Shown piece after piece: positions 25,603-39,479 of a stretch of 64,000 nt of DNA. How positions within the stretch are numbered: the first letter of the stretch is position 1; each line of letters opens with the position of its first letter. Source of the stretch: Somniosus microcephalus (lineage: Eukaryota); assembly GCA_052327205.1 (NCBI GenBank), contig CM126218.1, positions 58,776,001-58,840,000 on the forward strand, written 5' to 3'. Made by a program: the position numbers and the translations under genes. The notes under the pieces are model-generated. The model was not told where the DNA came from. It made no database searches and saw only the letters and a program-made list of their open reading frames with translations.

Positions 25603-27154
25603 CTGAACACAGGACAACATTCATGTTATCAAATGACAGCTTTTAACATTGACACGTTCGTCAGTTCAGTTATTTTAGACATTAGCACTTGCGGAAGTGT
25701 GGCAGGGCGGGGCGCCCTGCTGCCTGACTGACCAGACACTGCCCCAATTAAGTTCCTGGGATCAGCCTCATTTACCATTTTTTCAACAGGGTCCTGGCAC
25801 TATTCCGCCTGTGCTTGGGTAGCTTGTTGCTGGGGGAGGTGAAAGAGAGGGAGGATAATGGCTGCTGCAGCAAGCATTAATCACCCAAAGCCGCTTAGAA
25901 GGTTAAACTGACCTGGATGTTTTCATCAATGGTCCCATCATCAATTCAATTGACTACTTTGGCCATTTAAGGAAAGTGATGCTTTAGGCTTCCTCTAGCA
26001 ACACTGGACGCCTGGCCTCTTCTGGCGTTACTAACCATCCAACGTTGCTACGGCAATAATGACTGAAAACACAGCGAATGGCGTCACCCATCATTATCGA
26101 CTCCCCTGAATGTGTCTGCCCTGTGGACGCTTCGGGTGTCTGACAGAAGTGACGATAGACACGAAAATGTTAAGTGATCCATCCTTGGAATCCCTGCTTA
26201 ATTCTCCGCCCCTACTCATCCCAGTACCGCTGCTAAACCAGCAGAAAGACAGAGGAAAATCTGGACCTTCAAAACCAAGTTAACTGCAGAATGCCTTTCT
26301 TTACTTTTAATACTACAGTACATAGAAGTGAGATAAGGTCATGAATAACCTGACTCTTTCAAAGAAAAACTTTCTATTTCTATCAGTCATATGACTAATA
26401 TATTTTGCACCAGTTTATATCACTTATATATCACTTAAATGGCCAAAGTAGTCAATTGTTTTGTAATTATTATTTATTATTGCTCTCCTTTCTTGTTCGG
26501 TCGTCTCCCTTTTTGATTTCCAGTTGAGGGGCCAACATCCAACCCTCTCCGTAGCCCACCCCACCCCATCCCATCCCATCCCACCCCTCTGCACAAGTGC
26601 ACGGACAAACCTTAACTATGCCAATGCATTCTCCCGTATGGGCTGAATCCATAGAAACATAGAAGATAGGAGCAGGAGTAGGCCATTCGGCCCCTCGAGT
26701 CTGCTCCGCCATTCAATGCGATCATGGCTGATCATCCAAATTCAGTACCCGGTCCCTGCTTTCTCCCCATACCCCTTGATAGAAAGACAATCCTTTTGTT
26801 TCCAGCACACTCACACAATATGCATTGTGGGAAACTCACCATTAATTTTTACAGGCATAAAATTGGGTTTGTGCGGCCACCCTGAACTCTGTGCTGGAAC
26901 TGCGGGGTCATGGGGCTGGTCTCATGTGACTGGTCTCATGTGACCAAGCTGTATATTAACCTTCAAAAATATATTTATGTATTCCCTTAAAAAAATTCTT
27001 TAAAAAAAAGAGAAAATACATTTTGATCTCGGTTTTGTTCTCTTTGACGAGCAACATTTTTCAGTCTTTCAGTCATTCTACACTGCAATGCAATCATTTA
27101 AAGATACAAACACTATTACCAGAGATAATAATGGAATGTTAGTTAGATCCTTAC

Positions 27155-27283
27155 CCACTATAGTTTTCGGAAGAATAGACGGAGCTGTGGGGGTGGTGTG
27201 GGCCTGTGCACAGATCAGGCAGACACTCCATGTGCAGCAGGGACCAGGATCGGCCATGATTAGTCGAAAACTCCAAACTTATG
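27155..27283 (-). CDS. RELN: Reelin coding exon (approx. exon 15), 129 nt, [43 protein letters not shown]
   Basis: Manual translation with BNR/Asp-box-like motif STNHGRSW; cag/gtaag boundaries. Confidence 0.95.
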
Positions 27284-27991
27284 CTGGTGTCACAGAAACA
27301 TTAAAAAAAAAATCACAGTTATCATCACTTTCCTTCACAAAGAATGATCTAGTAGAAGTGAGTGTGGCTAAGAGAGTTTTGAATTCAGGCTATAAAATCT
27401 GTGGGGTCTTATAAGGCCTCAGCGGAACTAACAGAGCTGACGCGAGTTCTACAGAGGCCTTCTGAAAAGCCCCAAAGCTTAAGAAGGGAAAGGCAATTAA
27501 TCCTGAAGGGATGAGTTATTTTTCTGAAGAGGCAGAATGGCCAAAGACTTCTTTTTCATCTAACCCAATAGGTCTTGAGAGACTTCAGGGAAGCAGCTGT
27601 TGGTTGCTCTGCCTTACAAAGGCATAATGGGGCGGGGGACCCTTACATACACAGGCAGCCTGCTCCGACCATGCAAATTACTCTGTGCCCGCAAACAGGG
27701 TCCGCGGCTTTGGGCTAGGGTGGATGGAGGTTCTTGATTTTTTTTAAAAAAGTTTTTTACTTCAGTTGTGTACAATTTCTTAATGGAAAGTAGCTCAAGA
27801 ATGATTGAATAATCTCAATCCAGTGATCAAAGTATTAAACCAAGCATACTTTCTGGCCTGCAGAGCTCGCTGTCACAATTGGCAGCACGTTTACCAACTG
27901 AGCCGTCAGGGGAGCTATGTACCATTTTAGAAGTTGTTAAGCAAATTGTCCAAGATGAGGAAACTTCACCAGGTGATTGATAGGCTGCTAC

Positions 27992-28200
27992 CTGTTGCCT
28001 GGTTGATGAGATCCGCAGCCCATATTGATGGAAAACTCTGTTAAGTGAGAAGGTGACGGTGGCATCACAGGTAGAATGTGGAAGAAGTCCACAGCCCACA
28101 CATTCCTGTTCAGTCCTTGGTGACTCTTCTGTTTCAAGCAGAACCTCGTGGCTGATGTCTGCAGTTCTGGAGTGATAGCAACAGAAACCAGGGTTGCTTT
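27992..28200 (-). CDS. RELN: Reelin coding exon (approx. exon 14), 209 nt, [41 protein letters not shown]...HQPGN
   Basis: ORF 27988..28206; gcag acceptor, gtagc donor. Confidence 0.95.
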
Positions 28201-28404
28201 CTGCAAACAGTAACAAACAGGTTAAACTGTTGTCCTCATTTTTACTCCTTAAATTTCATCCCATAAATGTGCAGTGAGCATCGCAATGGTTCGAAATACA
28301 CTGAAATCAGCCAAGAATCGTCACGTCTCAGATATTCAAATATAACATGTTATTAAAAAGATTGATGACTAATGAGGATATTGGCCCATCGCTACTGAAA
28401 CAAA

Positions 28405-28512
28405 GTAAATTCCACACCGTACTCCCCTCCTGAGCTCCAAGTAAATTCCACACCGTACTCCCCTCCTGAGCTCAGAGTAAATTCCACACCGTACTCCCCT
28501 CCTGAGCTCAAA
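28405..28512. repeat. Minisatellite, 3 x 36 bp (GTAAATTCCACACCGTACTCCCCTCCTGAGCTC + 3 nt)
   Basis: Units start at 28405, 28441 and 28477. Confidence 0.95.
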
Positions 28513-29159
28513 GAGGCTCTTGGAAACAAGCACTTTAGGAGAAATGGGGCAAAGTGGAGAAATATAATTGATAAATTGTACCCTTTGGCTGAATAATTCT
28601 GTAATGTGACTTTAGTCAAGAGGACGGGAAATTGTTTTTCGTTACACTGATTTGCTGAAGGGGATTCCCAAGTCTTCAATATGTGACTTTATATGAATGG
28701 AATTTAGTGCTACTGCCTCTAAGTCATATTAGAGGAGGAGGAACCCTTTAGAATATGATGTCACTGTCACTGTCCATCTGGGTAATGCAGCAGTTGCCTC
28801 TGTGACTGATTTACAGCAATCGTAATTAAGGGCCACAGTTACACAAACATTGACTACATTTTTGTGGTTTACTCCCTTCACTCGACCTAGGTAACTATTC
28901 AAATACTGTCAAATTATAATAAAAGATATATGCACATATACATTTAATTGCTATTATCACAAATTAACAAGGATTTCCAATGTAATTATTCTTATCAGGT
29001 CACATGTTAGCAAATGTTTGAATCGTATTTTTTTAAGAGCATGATATCCTCTAACTTTTCCCTCCCTTTCTGCTCTCGCCGGGCACACCCCTCCTGCAGC
29101 AGAGGCCAGTCTGCCGCCTGCACCCAGACTCCTCCCAATGTTGTTCTTATGTGGGTGAC

Positions 29160-29555
29160 AATAACAACTTGTATTTATAGAGCGCCTTTAACATAGTAAA
29201 ATGTCCCAAGGCGCTTCACAGGAACGTTTTAAAACAAAATTTGACACCCAGCCATATAAGGAGATATTAGGGCAGATTGGTCAAAGAGGTAGGTTTTAAG
29301 GAGTGTCTTAAAGGAGGAAAGAGAGGTAGAGAGGCGGAGAGGTTTAGGGAGGGAATTCCAGAGTGTAGACCTTTGGCAGCTGAAGGCACGGCCACCAATG
29401 GTGCAACAATTAAAATCAGGGATGCTCAAGAGGCCAGAATTAGAGATGCGCAGAGATCTCGGAGGGTTGTGGGGCTGGAGGAAGTTACAGAGATAGGGAG
29501 GGGTGAGGCCATGGAGCAATTTGAAAACAAGGATGAGAATTTTAAAACCGAGGCA
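29160..29555 (-). mobile_element. L2-clade LINE 3' end
   Basis: FKILILVFKLLHGLTPPYL...FKTLLKTYLFD; tail AAAGGCGCTCTATAAATACAAGTTGTT. Confidence 0.88.
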
Positions 29556-29907
29556 AGGGATTGTGATAGCGGGCAACTCTCTCTTCGATTTTCCTTAATC
29601 GGGAAGCTGACTGGCTTCCAAGTGCCACACTATTGTGAAGATGGGGCAGTGATTGGAACCTTAGCAGAAGCTGGAGAGTAAACCTGTACCCCACCACTAT
29701 GTCACGCTACCCTTCCTGATCTTACTTTCATTGACTGAGTGGGGGGAAAAAAACCTTTTAAAATGAGAGGTTTCCATCATGGTTTGATGTGATAGGATTT
29801 AATTATCCATGTATACTCAAATGAACAGTGTGTCTCCAGAATAACAATTTGAAATCACTGGGTAATTAATGCTAGCCATTATAATTTGACGCAGCAATTC
29901 TACTTAC

Positions 29908-30020
29908 CCTATAGGATGTAAAAGGCAGCACATCCAAAACATGCTCTTTTCTACCCTCAACCAGGGCATACAGCGTGACATCGTTTTCATGTGAATCCCC
30001 TGGATTACATGAACCACCCC
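29908..30020 (-). CDS. RELN: Reelin coding exon (approx. exon 13), 113 nt, [37 protein letters not shown]
   Basis: Manual translation; cag acceptor, gtaag donor; frame continuous. Confidence 0.93.
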
Positions 30021-30830
30021 CTGATAGAATGAGATAGAGTATTATTTCCTGTGTAAACTATCTGATCACGCAACATCTGTGTGTACAAAACGCAATATAA
30101 ACTAGCCAATATTTAATTACATTTTTCATTGGAATTCTTTATTTGCCGTGGTTCATAGATACAATATTGTTCCATCAATTTGGCATTATAAGCCTATATA
30201 GTTTCAAAGAAAATAGGCTAACATTAAGATCTTATAATGCAAGGCTGTTGGATGTCTGTCTCCACACGGAACAGGTTGGAACTGGAAGTTAAATCAAAGC
30301 CAAATCTTGCTGCACTGATGCAATTCTAAAAGGGAGGTAATAGGACTTGACCTCAAAAATCCGCGGCCATTCCTGTGTGCTCCTAATGGAAAGAGGAGAA
30401 ATTTTCAGAAAAATAGGAGGAATAAAAAAAATTGATCATCATTTTGTGGTTGTTTTATAAGTTTAGGGTCTTGCCTTAGATATTCTTTCTGGTAAAACTG
30501 TGCTATTCATTCCCAAAAGTGGTCTAACTATTTTACATTTAGGGGTGTGCGTGTACTGCCCAATATCCAATTATACAATGGTGTAATCCAGGGGCGCGAC
30601 AGTACATTTCTCATAGCTTTAGGCTATTTTATTTACGTGCGATCTGAACTGGATAGCCATGTTTTTTGTACGATCGCTTCTTCGATCTTTTCAAAGGTGA
30701 CCAAGAAAACACTTTTTAGACGAGGCCAGATGCAAATAGTTTAAGCTATTGGATTTCACAGCAAGTGAACATGGAGAGCAAACAAAAAATTCACTCTCCG
30801 CTATGTTTCCTGTCTTTTCCATTCACTCAC

Positions 30831-30982
30831 CCATGCTAAAGTAAAATCTGAGGTTTCCATCATTAGTTGTGTCTAGAAACGGGGTGCAAATACGGCGGTC
30901 TCCATCTTTGAGGAACACAAGCGATGAGCCTGACTCCACTACACCGCACTCTGTGCCAATGATAGCGCCTGATGTTTCCCAG
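30831..30982 (-). CDS. RELN: Reelin coding exon (approx. exon 12), 152 nt, [27 protein letters not shown]...LRFYFSMG
   Basis: ORF 30823..31035; cag acceptor, gtgag donor. Confidence 0.95.
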
Positions 30983-33520
30983 CTGTAGACAGAAAGAATG
31001 TGATAAACGAGCAGCACAGCCTGGTTCTGCTTCACACTTTAATTACAGTCACGATATCACTTAAATCCCACTTTACTTTATAAACATTAGCGGCAAACAC
31101 ACTATTGTTTTAAGAACTGAAAATTGCAGAAGCTCAGCTTTGAATAAAACTGTCCCTGTACAGTCTGATTGGCTTGATAAAAATAATTACCAGGAATGCT
31201 ATTGTAAACACATTTTTATTAACCTCAGGACAAGATATGAAATGTTAATCTGGGGTTTAAAGGATACAACTTGTGGAATGCGACTTTGTTCACAGTCACT
31301 TGAGTGAGCACAGGAAATCTTTCTACAGAAGATGTTTACTGCAAAGTGACATTGACCATTTTCAGAAGTAGATACCTGTATTAACAAGAGATTTGAAATG
31401 CTATACCAGGGTAAAAACGGATTGGGTTGATGGTTCCCACTGTGAAACAAAGCACTAATTGGAAATCTGGGGAGTCCAGACCAAAAACAGGGACATGTCT
31501 AGCTGCACAGATTACCACAGGTCACTAGTTTAAAACAGCAAGATTTGCTTTTCACAGACCTATTTAAAACCCTGGTGTCAGTGGAATCCTGGACTCCCAG
31601 CCCAGAGTCACAGCTCGTATACCAATCCCTGACTGAACTGTGATATTTATTGGCATTTCTAGCGAGGGCAAGGTAGGGAAAGATGGAGATAAAAAGAAAA
31701 ACCTCAGGTCAGACACCTGAAACAAAAACAGAAAATCCTAGAAATGCACCACAGGTTCGTTAGTGTCTGAAAGAGAAAGACAGAGACAGACTCATGTTTC
31801 GGATGGGACCATTAATCAGTTATAGCTCTAAAGAAACAAAGAAATGGCATTTATATAGTACCTTTCAGGTCCTAGAATAAAAACAATTCTAACTCTGATA
31901 AAACAAATTGATTTTGGATTAATTAAAAAAAATTCAAAATCCATGACCCATTTGTCCAAACTGTTGCATTGTTTTAAAGTCTACAGGAATTGACTCAATC
32001 TTATGAGCTGCTACTAGATTCAGACAGTAGTGAAGATAAATGCAAGTAATTGTGAAGAAAATCTACAACAGGGATGCTCACTAACTCTTTGTTGGGGGAA
32101 TAATCCTAATCTCTTTCGTTATATCCCAGTCCCTACAACAACAACAACGTGCATTTACATAACACCTTTAATGTAGTAAATATCCTGAGGCACTTTAAAG
32201 GGCAGAAGAAAAGAAGAGGGGAAGCAGCCAACAAGCAGTAATAGGAGAATTACATAGACATTACAATACGGAAGCAGGCGGTTAGGCCCAACCAGTCTAT
32301 GTTGGTGTTTATCCTCCAGTAGTACTCCTAATCGCACCTGCCCTCCCTGTTCCCATGGCCCTTTACACACCTCTCCTTCAACTACCTATCTAACCTATTC
32401 TTGAATGCGGACATGGGTCTCTGCTGCAAGCACGAACTCCAGTAGTGCATTCCACAGCCTCACAACCCTCAGTGCCAGAAAAGCAAGAAAAATCAGGGGA
32501 AGTGATTGAAGGCACAGTTGAAGAGATAGATTTTGAGGAGGTTTTTAAAATTGGAAAGAGATGTAGCAAGGAACAAAGTTCCAGAGGTCAAGGCTGAGAC
32601 AGCTGAAGGCTACCATTGACTGGTGAGCAGAAGGAGAAGGGGATGAACAGTGGGCTATAGTCAGAAGGCCAGAACGTGCAAGAGTATGGACAGAATTGCA
32701 AATGAGGATGATCAACATATTACAGATGGTAATTGTGGATGAAATGCCAGAGAATCATGGCTCAGCTTGTCAGTTGAGCTACACAGGTAGATGCCACTGC
32801 ACCACTGGTCTGACCTCTCTGAGCATGGGGCATTTGTAGATATTTTTAGTTCTTTACAGTGGAAGGAAGCAGTAAGTAACAATAATGGAAAGATCCCCTC
32901 AAATCACTAGTTGCAGTAAAACCATAAGTCCACTCTTTATTCGTGCACGTTACGATATTGCTACAAATAGCAAAGAGAACAACTTTTTCCTTTTGTCACA
33001 CAAGAACATTTCACTGTTATTCAGATTAAAATAGCTGAAATCTTAAACATTATGAAGCCACAAAGGGTTAACTGAAAATGAAACTCTCCAAGGAGGGTGT
33101 TGCATGCTTATCCTGGTGCTGGCAATTGAATGAGGATAGGCAGTGAGGATAGGTTCAGGGAATTGAATTCCCGGTGCTGTCAAGTGCTTTTTCGATAAGC
33201 AAGTGTACAGAAAACCTTTTAGAGAACCTCTGTAGCAGTGAACTGGGAGAAGATGATTTACTTTTCTAGTGCGACAAAGTAAATAGCTATGTTTCTTTCC
33301 CTTTGAAGTGACAATTGCAATAAAGAGTTAAAATATTATTTCCAGTGCATCCTTTACATCCCCCTACAAATTCTTAATTCTTTCTCTCAGCAAATTTCTT
33401 TGACTAGCAGCTGCAGTTTAAATATGTATGTGTGGGGCTAATGCAACCCTCCTTTGAATCTCACTTATCCCCAAGATAACTGTACACATATTCAGAATAC
33501 CAGAGATAACAAGCACTTAC

Positions 33521-33666
33521 CCTGCAGGCTGACTTTCAAACTCTTCCACCCACTGTGTTACAATGCCTTCAGTCCAAAGATCAACGTCCCTGGTTGTTAC
33601 AAAGTTAAAATCAGTGCCCTCAGTCCCATGGAAATACATGGAGTTACCATCAGATTGACAGCTATG
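33521..33666 (-). CDS. RELN: Reelin coding exon (approx. exon 11), 146 nt, [34 protein letters not shown]...EEFESQPAG
   Basis: Manual translation; (TC)n tract plus cag acceptor; gtaag donor. Confidence 0.95.
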
Positions 33667-33670
33667 CTGT

Positions 33671-33692
33671 GGAGAGAGAGAGAGAGAGAGAG
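33671..33692. repeat. (GA)n microsatellite forming the polypyrimidine tract of the RELN exon ~11 acceptor
   Basis: Directly adjacent to the cag acceptor at 33667-33669. Confidence 0.9.
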
Positions 33693-34029
33693 ATAGAGTG
33701 CATTACAAGGGCTCAGGACACTATTAAATCTTTTTTATAACCACAACAAACTCGGGCTTCAACAAAGAGAATTTTGAAGAGAAGTTTTCAATTATTTATT
33801 CTTTATCGCCTTAAGCATGGAGTCCAATTATGATGGCAGAATCACAGTTAAACAACACAGCAGCTCAGTCCCTCAGTCTAAGTATCAGAGTGGTAAATAC
33901 AATATTTATTTTCATTGAGTGTTTCGTAGGCTGATTATTTAAACCAGTGATAAAATGAAAATACTCTGGTTTCTATAATCACAATTGTTTTAGCAGTACT
34001 TTTTATGTTTGATTTCAGTAATCTAAAGT

Positions 34030-35330
34030 TTCTCCTCCTAACTATAGTTTCTAATTTGTGGTATCACCCTCATTAATCTAGACTAATCTATGGCTTTAAT
34101 GGCTTTTTTTAATAGTGGTGTACCTACGAGACTGCACACAGTAGTCTAAGCCTAGCCATTGGCTTATACAAAGTTATCATTGCCTATTTGGTCTTGTACT
34201 TTAAGCCTCTATTTATAAAACCAAAAACTATATTGGCCTTTGTTATGGCTTTATCTAGCTGCTTTGTACTTTCAAAGAATTATATATTGGAATTCCTAGG
34301 TGTCTCTGTTCACCCACACCCTTCAGCATCTTTCCATTGAGTGTATACTTAATTTTCCTTCCAGAATGTGTTATCTTATACTTCTCCACATTAAATTACC
34401 TCTGCCACTTCTTTTCCCATTCCGCTAACCTGACTACGCCCTCCTGAAAACTTTTACAGTTTTTCTCATTGTTTGCCAAATCCCTTAATTGAGTATCTGC
34501 AACAAATTTTGATTTTGTGCTCCCGAGACCAAAGTCCAAATCATCTATCTATATTGAAAATGAAATCGGTCCTAGCACTGATCCCTGGGAATGCCACTTT
34601 CAACTCTTCTCCAATCTGAGCAACATCCAATAACTCTAACCTCGTTTTCTGCCCATGAACCAACTTTCCATCCATGCTGCTACATTTCCTCTTATATCAA
34701 ATATCTGAATTTTTGTAACAAGCCTCTTGTAAGACACCTGATTGAAAGCCATTTGAAAATCAATATAAATTACATTCATTGCATTCCCTTTATCTACAGA
34801 ATTAATCACAGCTTCAAGACAAAAACACTATTACATTTGTCAAACATGAATGGTCTCCAATAAATTCATGTTGATTTCTAAATGTTCATTAATTTCATCT
34901 CAAATTAAGGCTTCTAAGAGTTTGGCCACAGCTGACGATCGACTAACTGGTCTGTAATTACCTGATTTATCCTTCGCTCCCTTCTTGAGCAGAGGTGTTA
35001 CATTGACTACTCTTCAGTCCCACGGCACAATGTGCATATTAAGGAGAACTGAAAAATTATGGTCAGAGCCTCTGCTATCTCCTCTTTGACTTCCTTCAAC
35101 TGCCTAAGGTGTATGCCATCACAATCCAGTGACATCCATCTTGAGTTCCACTAGTTTTTCCAGAACCAATTCTTTTTTCTGCAGTTATTTTTAACAATAA
35201 TTCCATATCCTCCTCTTGTACACTTACATTCCAGCATCATTTGTAAAACTGAAGCATATTTAATATCACTGCCATACAATCATGTGCCACAACTAGATTT
35301 CCCCTTCATCCCTGAGTAGTCCTACCTTTA
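34030..35330 (-). mobile_element. Degenerate CR1 RT region
   Basis: Decayed minus-strand matches to [12 protein letters not shown]-like and NYRPVS segments; boundaries approximate. Confidence 0.7.
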
Positions 35331-36351
35331 ACTATTTAAAAAAACACCTTTCATTATGATTATAAAAGCCCTCAATGATAACAAAAGAACTAGGTGCCAG
35401 TAATCTGTCATAGCATGTAGGTTGCACTTGTGTGAAGCAGCAAAAAATATCAGGAAGGAAGGCTTTGATAAAATATCCTAGCTTTAGGAACAGGAAAAAA
35501 GTCTAAGGCCCTTGAGAGAGGAGAAGGGAGGCTTGTGTGAGGGAAAACTGTTAGAGGTATTGGAAGATGGAACAGATCAATTATAAATTCTGTGTTTTTC
35601 CAGTATTGTTGATTTTTTTTTCATATCCTTATTGCTCTGGGAATTTTATTTTTAGGGGCAAATAGTGCAGTAGGCAGGAACCAATAAGACCACTTAAATG
35701 ACTTTGAAAAATGTTTTCAGTGATGCGATTGGGTCCTTTTTGTGCGAAAAGGAATTTTTTGCCAGATAATGATGCACCCTCGGTGTACTTGTGAGTATTT
35801 AAATGTCTTTTCATTGTTTGCTTTATAGTAAATGAGAAATTTCAGCCACTAGTTTGCTTTGTGTCATATACATTCCCCTGCTCTTCAGAAACATTGCCCT
35901 ATGGACAATGGGAAACCTTTAATGGTCAAGATGGAATAAATCCAACACATTTTGCTTTTGAAACTCGTGTATCCTACACCTACTTTTAGTTTTATAAAAC
36001 AAGCAATAAGTCATCTCAATCAAATGATTAGAAAATGAAATTGCCAAGCAGAAACAGAAAATATTCTTTAGTGGACTGTGGTAATTATCACCACTTAATA
36101 TTTGTTCCTCCAGTTGCTAATGTGAGTGGAAAAGTGCGGGTATGAAACAAATGTTTTGTATTTGCACTAACTTTGTAGGCTCTCATTGGTGACCAGAAGA
36201 AAATATACCCAGACATGTTATGGGGTAGGATCCCAGTAACTATTCCACATTGTTCTTGTGTAAAGATCATGAAATAATCCTACATTTTTCCATACAGATC
36301 ATAAACGTATGATTGTAAACACTGCCTTAACTCAATCGGAATTAGATAAAA

Positions 36352-36800
36352 GAAAAAAAGACTTGTATTTATATAGCGCCTTTCACGACCACTGGACATC
36401 CCAAAGCACTTTTACAGCCAATTAGATACTTTTGAAGTGTAGTCCACTGTTGTAATGTGGGAAACGCGGCAGCCAATTTGCGCACAGCAAGCTCCCACAA
36501 ACAGCAATGTGATAATGACCAGGTAATCTGTTTTTAGTGATGTTGGTTGAGGGATAAATATTGGCCAGGACACCGGGGATAACTCCCCTGCTCTTCTTCA
36601 AAATAGTGCCGTGTGATCTTTTACGTCCACCTGAAAGAGCAGACAGGGCCTCGGTTTAACGTCTCATCCAATAGTGCAGCACTCCCTCAGCACTGCACTG
36701 GAGTGTCAGCCTAGATTTTTGTGCTCACGTCTCTGGAGTGGGACTTGAACCCACAAACGTCTGACTCAAAGGCGAGGGTGCTGCCCACTGAGCCACAATG
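36352..36800 (-). mobile_element. Full-length tRNA-derived SINE of the DeuSINE (SacSINE1-like) type
   Basis: A box TGGCTCAGTGG; B box GGTTCAAGTCC; central GATGAGACGTTAAACCGAGGCCC...CAGGTGGACGTAAAAGATC (Deu domain as recalled); L2-like tail. Confidence 0.85.
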
Positions 36801-39479
36801 TGGAACATTGTTTTCACAATTGATTGAATTCCAGTTGGACTCTCCCTCATAATTATGACGTTATCAAATAAAAGTCAGACAATCTGCTGTATCTAGCATC
36901 GTGTAACCTTGGTATTAAATTATCTTGGAGCATATTTTTCCAGCCCAAGAACCTAATACCCCTCCTTAAACTCTAATACAGAGTGACACCGTAGACTAGT
37001 AAACTACCGTAGCAATTGAACTAATTTAGAAAAAATAATTAAAACTCTAATTTTAGTGATTTTAATATCAAATCTGTGCTTTTCACATGAACTAATGTTT
37101 GAGTTAGCAGTTTGATTAAAAGGGAAAGATTTTTTTTGGTGAGTTGGCTAATGTTACATTAAAATTGGATGATACAACAATAGAAAGTCAGCAAATCATC
37201 CTACTTCAACTCTTAAAGCAACAAACCAAAACAACATTTCAATTTTAATTACATTTTAATATGTGGGTTCAGTCAGTTTGCATTCTGCTCATTTCATAAA
37301 ATGATACTTCTAGCTAAAAAAAAATAAAAAATAAAAATCGGACTAATTAACATTGACAGATGCATTAGGCTAAATCTGGACTGCCCCTATAGATCTTGTA
37401 CCTGAAACGATGCGTCAGTGGAGTGGTTACTTCTTGCAGTGAACTGAAAACCTCACAACTGACACACAATTATTGGGGGACTGCAGACGCAGCAGTGTCA
37501 GGTGGTGCTTTCACCTCTGGAATGTCTCCCTTCAATCTATCCCAGAGATGTATGAATAATAGATCACTTCCGTCTGATGACTTTTAAGAACATGTCAGGG
37601 GTGAAATGAGTTCCAGCAGACTGAATTTAATGGTGAATGAGCTAATTATATTTAAAATGCCAACAAAATAAATATATGGTTTACGTTTTTGGCAGATCTG
37701 AAAGGGCTCGCTACTAACCCACAGCTATCCATCTGCCTATGTAACAGTTTGTAATAATTCAAAATAACTTGCATATTAAAAGTAAAATAACATGGTAATC
37801 TTGTGGTTGTCAAATCATGATTTCTAACATAATTCAAATTTAGATCAAAAGCTTAGAAGGTAAGTTAGTGCTGGAACCTCAGTGGGAGCTTCAGAGGATG
37901 CTGTTGAGATACCACAATACTGACAGAAACAAGGATATGCTTGTGTTGATGAGTTGACTCATGACCTCAACGTTACAGGAACTGTTGACACAGGAATAGA
38001 AGCCACTGATGGAATAAACAGATCTGAAAGGTCGCAGGTAAATTGCAGCAGATGGAGGTCAGACTTGGCAGATCCATGGTTAGTGATATGAAGAAAATAT
38101 TTAAGTTTCTTTTGCACCCACTTTAAAATATTTCACCCAAGAAATATTCAAACCCTGGCGGTGGTGCAGAGAGCAGCCACGACACTAATCCCTATTCCCA
38201 CAATTCTAAGGAAAGAGTGGAGAAACAAGCTTTTTCGCTTCAAAATGGGACGACCGAGAGGAGATCTCATAGGGGTATTTAAGATAGTAAGAAATACAGA
38301 AGAGGCAAATTCAGAACATTACTTCAAAATAAACTGTTACAGTGGGACAAGACAGCACAGTATAAACTAATGAAATTTAGGACCGACGCCGAGAATTTCT
38401 TCTTCATACAAAAGAGATGAATGCAAAGGGTGGACTCCTAGATATGAGAGTGGAGGCAAAACCCTGGAATCATTTTTAAAAAGAGTTGGATGCTGCACTG
38501 GGGACTGTAGGTTATTTCTTGATGGATGAGCCAGGGTGAGCTTAATAACCCTGCTGATCCATATCCATCTTGTGATCATGGAGACAGAAAAGGTAGAACG
38601 GAGGTCACGGCAAAAAAGTAAGCAATAGAGATGGACAGAACTGAGAGATCAGGAGGATAAGCAGCAGAATGGAATCCTGGCAAAATGGCAAAAGAATTTT
38701 TCAAAAATAACACCAAAATATTATTCCACATCATTTACATTGAGGTAACCCATTTATTCCGTACACAGCTACAGTAGTTGAAACGAAAGACTTGGAGACA
38801 GAGAAAGGCAGCGCTGAGAAATTCTGACGATAACATAGGTGATGAATGACGATGTTCACAGATCGAAGAGATGGATGAGGACAAGTATCACAGGGACCAT
38901 GAAACTAAAAAAAAATGAAAGATAAAGTTCAAGATAGAAGAAAATACAAATAATGACAGAGAAATTAACGGGCTTGGTGAAATCATAATGGGCAGAAAGA
39001 AATGAGATAGTAAAATGGAAAAAAAAGATGATCAAAGCAAAGTAAGAATCTTTTTATGATAAAGAATGAAGAAAAGTAGAGTGAGAAAATGAAGAAAACA
39101 AAGGTGAGTTAAACAAAATTTAAAAGAAATCAACGTTGGATAATAAGTAAAAAGAAGTACAGTAAATACAATGTCCTTCCAGATTATTTAAAAAAAATCA
39201 ATCCTGGGTAAGTGGATGAGAGACACTCTGAATGAGGACTTGAGTGAGACTGAGGCCAAAAATCCCAGGTTAGGTGTGTACGTGAGCTGTTTAACTAGTG
39301 GCACGTTGCTTGCCAGTGGAATTTAAAGTAGAGAACCTGCCCAGACTCCAGAAAGTCTGCTGAGGTCAGTGGTTGAGGTTACGGGTGGACACATCCATTG
39401 CCCCCCACCCCCAGTCCCCCCTCATCCCATGGACTTTCAGTCCCACTGTGCGGATGGGAAAACTGCAGAGGGCTATTCA

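Noticed and set aside
28405-28512. CRISPR-like array of 33-bp direct repeats
   Set aside because: Only 3 nt separate the repeats, there are no spacers or cas genes, and the context is eukaryotic.
36725-36800. tRNA gene
   Set aside because: The A/B boxes run straight into a SINE body and tail; it is the tRNA-derived SINE head.
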